Positions 59,433 to 64,000 of a DNA stretch of 64,000 bases are shown here, piece after piece. The notes under the pieces were generated by a model. It did no database searches, was not told the origin of the DNA, and saw only the letters and a program-made list of their open reading frames with translations. The stretch comes from an uncultured bacterium. GTDB taxonomy: Bacteria; Eisenbacteria; RBG-16-71-46; CAIMUX01; WJJG01. The translations under genes were made by a program, and so were the position numbers. Location: positions 31,351-95,350 of the forward strand of contig CAZNJE010000002.1 in assembly GCA_964573295.1 (NCBI GenBank). The letters run 5' to 3'. The stretch's first letter is position 1. Every line of letters begins with the position of its first letter.

Positions 59433-61484
59433 CTAGGCGCCGAACGCCTCGTCGATCGCGCCGCGCACCGTGTCCGCATCGGCTTCCGCCGCCAGGGTGA
59501 CCTGCATCCCTTCCTCCGCGCCCGCGGCGCGCTCGACCGCGTAGCGCGCGCCCGGATTGCCGGCCCATGCGCGGCGGGCCAGGCCGTGCGAAACGTCCCA
59601 GGAGAGCATGCCGCGGGCGCGCCGGTCGGCCTCGGCCGATCCGTCGAGCACCATACCGAAACCACCGTTGATGACCTCACCCCAGCCCACGCCGCCGCCA
59701 TTGTGAAGCGACACCCACGTGGCGCCGCGGAACGCGTCGCCCACGAAGTTCTGCACGGCCATGTCGGCGGTCAGTTGCGAGCCATCGAGGATGTTGGCCG
59801 TCTCGCGGTACGGCGAATCGGTCCCCGAGACGTCGTGATGGTCCCGGCCCAGCACGATCGGCGCGGTGACGCGTCCTGCGCGGATCGCCGCGTTGAAGGC
59901 CAGCGCGATATCGATCCGTCCTTGCCGGTCCGCATAGAGGATGCGGGCCTGCGAGCCGACCACCATGCGGTTCTCCTCGGCCTGTCGGATCCAGCGCACA
60001 TTGTCGAGCATCTGCTGCTTGATCTGCTCGTCCGCACTCGCGGCCATCTCTTCCAGGATTCCGGCGGCGAGCCGGTCGGTCGTGTGAAGGTCGGCCGGGT
60101 TGCCGGAGGTACAGACCCAGCGGAAGGGCCCGAACCCGTAGTCGAAGCACATCGGTCCCATGATGTCCTCGACGTAGGAGGGATAGGTGAAGCCGCCGTC
60201 TGGGCGGTTGATCCCCGGGGCCCCGGCGCGCGAGGCCTCGAGCAAGAAAGCGTTGCCGTAGTCCCAGAAGTTCATGCCGCGTGCGTGCAGGGAATGGATC
60301 GCGGCCACCTGGCGGCGCAGCGATTCCTGCACGCGCTCCGCGAAGCCCTCGGGATCGGCCGTCATCATGCGGTTGCTGTCTTCGAAGGGCAACCCGGCCG
60401 GGTAGTAGCCACCCAGGTAGGGATTGTGAAGCGAGGTCTGATCGCTCCCCAGCTCGACCGAGATGCCCTCCTTGGCAAGCCGCTCCCACAAGTCGACGAT
60501 GTTGCCCAGGTAGCCGATCGACACCGGCTTGCGCTCGGCCACGGCGCGATCGATGCGCGAGAGCAGTTTGTCCAGGTCCTCTTCGTATTCGTCCAGCCAG
60601 CCCTGTTCGTGACGGGTCTTGAGCGGCTTGGGGTTGATCTCGGCAATGACACCCACCGCGCCGGCGATCACCGCCGCCTTCGCCTGCGCGCCGCTCATGC
60701 CGCCCAGGCCGGAGGTCACGAACAGCTTTCCCTCCAGGCCCTGGCCGGGTTCGAGGCCGAGATACTTGCGGCCCGCGTTGAGCAGCGTGATGGTCGTGCC
60801 GTGGACGATCCCCTGCGGGCCGATGTACATGAAACTGCCGGCAGTCATCTGCCCGTAGCTGGTAACGCCCAGGGCCGAGAGCCGGTCGTACTCGGCCCGC
60901 GAGCTGTAGTTGGGAATCACCATGCCGTTGGTGACAACCACCCGTGGCGCTTCCGGGTGCGAGGGGAACAGGCCCAGCGGGTGCCCCGAGTAGAGCACCA
61001 GCGTCTGCTCCTCGGTCATCTCACAGAGGTACTTCATCGTCAGCAGGTACTGCGCCCAGTTCTGGAAGACCGTGCCGTTGCCGCCGTAGGTCACCAGCTC
61101 GTAAGGATGCTGCGCGACCCGCTTGTCGAGGTTGTTCTGGATCATCAGCATGATCGCGGCGGCCTGCTTCGTTCGGGCGGGGTAGTCGCCGATCGGACGG
61201 GCCTTCATCTCGTAACTCGGGCGAAACCGGCGCATGTAGATGCGTCCATCGTTGGCCAGCTCGCGCGCGAACTCCGGCGCCAGGCTCTCGTGCATGGTTT
61301 GGGGGAAGTAGCGCAGCGCGTTCTGCAGCGCCAGCTCCTGCTCCCGCCGGGACAACACCTGCGGACGGACCGGCGCGTGGTTGATGCCCGGTTCCTCGGG
61401 GGGCATCTCGGGGATCGACGCCGGGATCCCCTGCCGGATGGCATCCTGGAACGATTGGCGCACCTGGGTGTCGCTGCTTGTCAT
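59433..61484 (-). CDS. hutU: Urocanate hydratase (long form)
   Basis: Full-length urocanase similarity (YGGNGTVFQNW, GQMTAGSFMYIGPQGIVHGT, NAD-binding GLGGMSGAQ). ATG at 61484 after GGGAGG. Confidence 0.9.
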   Translation of the reverse strand: MTSSDTQVRQSFQDAIRQGIPASIPEMPPEEPGINHAPVRPQVLSRREQELALQNALRYFPQTMHESLAPEFARELANDGRIYMRRFRPSYEMKARPIGDYPARTKQAAAIMLMIQNNLDKRVAQHPYELVTYGGNGTVFQNWAQYLLTMKYLCEMTEEQTLVLYSGHPLGLFPSHPEAPRVVVTNGMVIPNYSSRAEYDRLSALGVTSYGQMTAGSFMYIGPQGIVHGTTITLLNAGRKYLGLEPGQGLEGKLFVTSGLGGMSGAQAKAAVIAGAVGVIAEINPKPLKTRHEQGWLDEYEEDLDKLLSRIDRAVAERKPVSIGYLGNIVDLWERLAKEGISVELGSDQTSLHNPYLGGYYPAGLPFEDSNRMMTADPEGFAERVQESLRRQVAAIHSLHARGMNFWDYGNAFLLEASRAGAPGINRPDGGFTYPSYVEDIMGPMCFDYGFGPFRWVCTSGNPADLHTTDRLAAGILEEMAASADEQIKQQMLDNVRWIRQAEENRMVVGSQARILYADRQGRIDIALAFNAAIRAGRVTAPIVLGRDHHDVSGTDSPYRETANILDGSQLTADMAVQNFVGDAFRGATWVSLHNGGGVGWGEVINGGFGMVLDGSAEADRRARGMLSWDVSHGLARRAWAGNPGARYAVERAAGAEEGMQVTLAAEADADTVRGAIDEAFGA

Positions 61485-61836
61485 GTCTGCCTCCCAGAAG
61501 TCATTGGCATCGGTCGTGTTGTGCGGCTTGGCCGCGTGACAGCGTTCCACGCATCTCCCACGCACCCGAGGGCGCGTACACGTGTCACCGGCGCGGAATC
61601 AGAGCCTGCCGTCAGCGCGGGCGATGATAGCGCGGATGCGGCGGAGCTGGCCACTCTGTTCTGTCCGAGGGCTCAGGCTGCACCACCGTACTGACGATGG
61701 GGGTACCAGAGAGGCGACTCAGCGCACCCGGAAGCAACAGGCAGCCCGGCCAGCCTGGCCACCCGACCCGGCCCGGCCCGGGAGTAGCCCGGACGCCCCG
61801 CAGGCCGCCATTCGTTCTCGACCGAAGGAGCCAGAT

Positions 61837-63243
61837 ATGCCAAGACGCTTCCGCGATCTCGATCGATGGTCGCATCCAACATCAGCCTGGAAAAAGGTGG
61901 CCACTCTCGCAGGCCTCCTGGTGTTCCTCGCACCGGTCTCCTGCGAAGACGATCACGGCACCGTGCCCACCACAGACGACCCGGAACTCACGCCCGCGGG
62001 CGGCACCCTGATCACGCACGTGGCCTCACCGGAGAACGGCCTCATCGCCGTTCGCGTGGCGCTCCCCGATGCTCCGCGCTACCCCGAAGGGGCGCCGGTG
62101 GTGGTGCACGCCTCCACGTTCTTCGCGGGCGAGCGCACCTTCCACCAGCACTTCGACTCCCCGCGCGTCGGCGCCATCGCGGTCTCCTACCTCCGTCCCG
62201 GAATCACCGACCCCCAGACCGGGGCCAGCAGCAGCGGAACGACCGACTACGGAGGCCCGAATCACCTGGCGGCGCTACGCGATGTGATCCGCTTCGCCTG
62301 CGGCGCGACTCCCGACACGGCGGGCCGCACGATCGACGAGCTGGTGGCCGTGACACCGCTCACCGGCAACGTCGGTCTGTTCGCATCCTCCCATTCAGGG
62401 ATCGTGGCCACGAACGTTCTGGCCCATCACGGGGATCAGATGCCCAAGCTCCAGTATCTGGTGGGGCGCGAAAACCCCACGCGTGACGAGATGTACCCGC
62501 TCGAGATCGGCCACTTCACCGATACGCGGGAACAGATCGACAACCCGCACTATCACGCCGAGGAGTACACGCCCACCACCATCGTGGTCGACTATACCGG
62601 GTTGGCCTGGATCGACGATGGCATCACCCCCCACGGTCGGCCCGACTACGTCGACGGCGAGGGCAACCCGCTGGGCTACTTGCATCCGGTGATCTGCCCC
62701 AAGATGTGGAACCGGCGCTACTACTCCCGAAGTCTAACGGCTGCGCTCGTCGACAGCGGCGTGCTGGACCCGGAGACCAACTGGCCGGCCGATCTCGCCA
62801 CGCCGCAGCAGGCGCGCGAGGCGTGGTCCGAGCGAATCACCGTGCACAACTACCCCCGAATCCCCGCGGCCCTCTCCCAACTCAGAGTAATGCTCGTCTT
62901 CGCGGAGAAGGACCACGTGCAGGCCGCCCCCGACAAACCCCACATTCGGCAGGCCTACGACGGGTTCACCAACGGCGCCTCCCTACCCTGGGTACGGCTC
63001 AACCCGGACCGGGTCTACGCCCAGGCCGTCAATCCGGCCTACGGAAGCGAGATGCCCGACACGCCCGCCAACACGCCGCCTGATGACTGGATGAACGCGG
63101 AGGCCTTCGGCTTCCCCGACGTGACGGCCGATACGAAGTACGAGATCCCGCTGGCCGCCATCGCCGAGATGGCCGACCGGGTGCGAAGTGAGGACTGGAG
63201 CCCGAACCTGAATGCGATGTTGTACGAATACGAGGCCGATTAG
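61837..63243 (+). CDS. Lipoprotein of unknown function
   Basis: ATG at 61837, 8 nt after AAGGAG. Signal peptide with LAPVSC lipobox. ~450-aa mature domain without recognised motifs. Confidence 0.6.
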   Translation: MPRRFRDLDRWSHPTSAWKKVATLAGLLVFLAPVSCEDDHGTVPTTDDPELTPAGGTLITHVASPENGLIAVRVALPDAPRYPEGAPVVVHASTFFAGERTFHQHFDSPRVGAIAVSYLRPGITDPQTGASSSGTTDYGGPNHLAALRDVIRFACGATPDTAGRTIDELVAVTPLTGNVGLFASSHSGIVATNVLAHHGDQMPKLQYLVGRENPTRDEMYPLEIGHFTDTREQIDNPHYHAEEYTPTTIVVDYTGLAWIDDGITPHGRPDYVDGEGNPLGYLHPVICPKMWNRRYYSRSLTAALVDSGVLDPETNWPADLATPQQAREAWSERITVHNYPRIPAALSQLRVMLVFAEKDHVQAAPDKPHIRQAYDGFTNGASLPWVRLNPDRVYAQAVNPAYGSEMPDTPANTPPDDWMNAEAFGFPDVTADTKYEIPLAAIAEMADRVRSEDWSPNLNAMLYEYEAD

Positions 63244-63324
63244 GGGACGGTCTGCTGGCGAGAGCGCCGCAGATGAAATGACCGCCGGCGGAAAGTCCGC
63301 CGGCGAGCGAGACGCATCGCGCTT

Positions 63325-63990
63325 CTAGGATTCCTCGCGCGAGTCGGGCTCGGCGCCTGTCCCGGGCCCCGTGCGGCCCCGACCCTCCATCCACCGGTCC
63401 ATCAATCGGCCGGCGTGTTCACGGCATCCCAGACCAAAAGCCAGCGCGGCCGCCAGAGCCACGGCCCCGATGGTGATGCCGAAGAGCAGCCTTACGATAT
63501 CGCCGGCGATGCCCATCTGATCGAGCGCCATGAAGACGGCCAGCACCACCACGGCCACGCGGGTCACCGGGGCAAGCGAGGGGATCCGGTCGCCGACGAT
63601 CCCACCCACCGCATCCCCGGCCAGTCGGGCTACATAGAGGCCCAGGCCCAGAACGGCCAGGCCGAGCAGCACGTCTGCACCAAAGGCCAGGAAGCGGGTC
63701 ACCAGCTCCACGCCGAGCTGAAAGCCGATCAGGTCGCAGGCTTCGACCACCGCGAAGAGCAGGATCGCGGCGACGGTGATGTTCGCCGCGATCCGCGACG
63801 GCGCGCGCTTCGGATCCGGCGCTGGCACCCCGATCATGCGCGCGATGCGTTCGTCGCCAACCGCGCGCACCACCCGGGCCACCAGTTTGCCCAGCAGGCG
63901 GGCCGCCACATAGCCGACCGCCAGAACCAGCACCGCCAGTCCCAGATTCACCAGGTCATCGCCGAATTGATAGGTAAATTCTTCGAACAT
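63325..63990 (-). CDS. Membrane protein with conserved-TM-helix repeats (MscS-associated 'TM_helix' type)
   Basis: Three similar ~25-aa helices each followed by G-D/E motifs (LGLAVLVLAVGYVAARLLGKLV; ITVAAILLFAVVEACDLIG; AVVVLAVFMALDQMGIAG). GGAGA SD. Confidence 0.55.
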   Translation of the reverse strand: MFEEFTYQFGDDLVNLGLAVLVLAVGYVAARLLGKLVARVVRAVGDERIARMIGVPAPDPKRAPSRIAANITVAAILLFAVVEACDLIGFQLGVELVTRFLAFGADVLLGLAVLGLGLYVARLAGDAVGGIVGDRIPSLAPVTRVAVVVLAVFMALDQMGIAGDIVRLLFGITIGAVALAAALAFGLGCREHAGRLMDRWMEGRGRTGPGTGAEPDSREES

Positions 63991-64000
63991 GTCTGTCTCC

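Noticed and set aside
41028-61694. Other long antisense ORFs (41028-42455, 46761-48005, 48637-50259, 51846-52880, 57146-58198, 59352-61694)
   Set aside because: All overlap, on the opposite strand, genes with clear family signatures (thrC, glnS, gltX, the S8 peptidase, the unknown/2-HADH pair, hutU). High GC suppresses stop codons in non-coding frames.

Overview
High-GC (about 68%) bacterial chromosomal segment, probably from an uncultured FCB-group or Gemmatimonadota-like organism. The phylum guess rests on three secreted peptidases that end in a T9SS-type (Por_Secre_tail-like) domain, a TonB-dependent receptor, and an ApgM-type 'proposed homoserine kinase' next to thrC. Roughly 45 genes are supportable. 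These include a GT2 plus polytopic membrane glycosyltransferase-like pair, two paralogous methyl-accepting chemotaxis proteins (one with tandem CZB zinc-binding modules), a B12-binding radical SAM protein, an RRM RNA-binding protein, a YfiR-like/lipoprotein/TonB-receptor operon, FabG, an M20 peptidase, two M14 carboxypeptidases and one S8 subtilase with sorting tails, Fur, a GAF protein, an MltD-like LysM lytic transglycosylase, a beta-helix protein, ACR3 arsenite efflux translationally coupled to a YjbQ-family protein, RluA, TDT and EamA transporters, a Thr/Met biosynthesis block (Lrp, MetY-like, ThrC, ApgM-like), MscS, an OMP, GlnRS plus GluRS, urocanase, and a D-2-hydroxyacid dehydrogenase coupled to an unknown protein. 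The most unusual locus is at 31.8-35.6 kb: two tandem cytochrome bd subunit-I (CydA)-like membrane proteins, the second fused to a periplasmic octaheme (8x CxxCH) c-type cytochrome domain. It is preceded by a 15-bp x8 tandem array and a C11 homopolymer. A second notable feature is a lower-GC islet at 53.9-56.4 kb with an IS110-transposase remnant, an NHL beta-propeller and a signal-peptide Cys-rich small protein. Short tandem repeats (9-48 bp units, 2-8 copies) occur unusually often across the window, in intergenic DNA and in frame inside genes. No rRNA, CRISPR array or confident tRNA was found. All calls come from reading the six-frame translations and the DNA by eye; no database searches were run.
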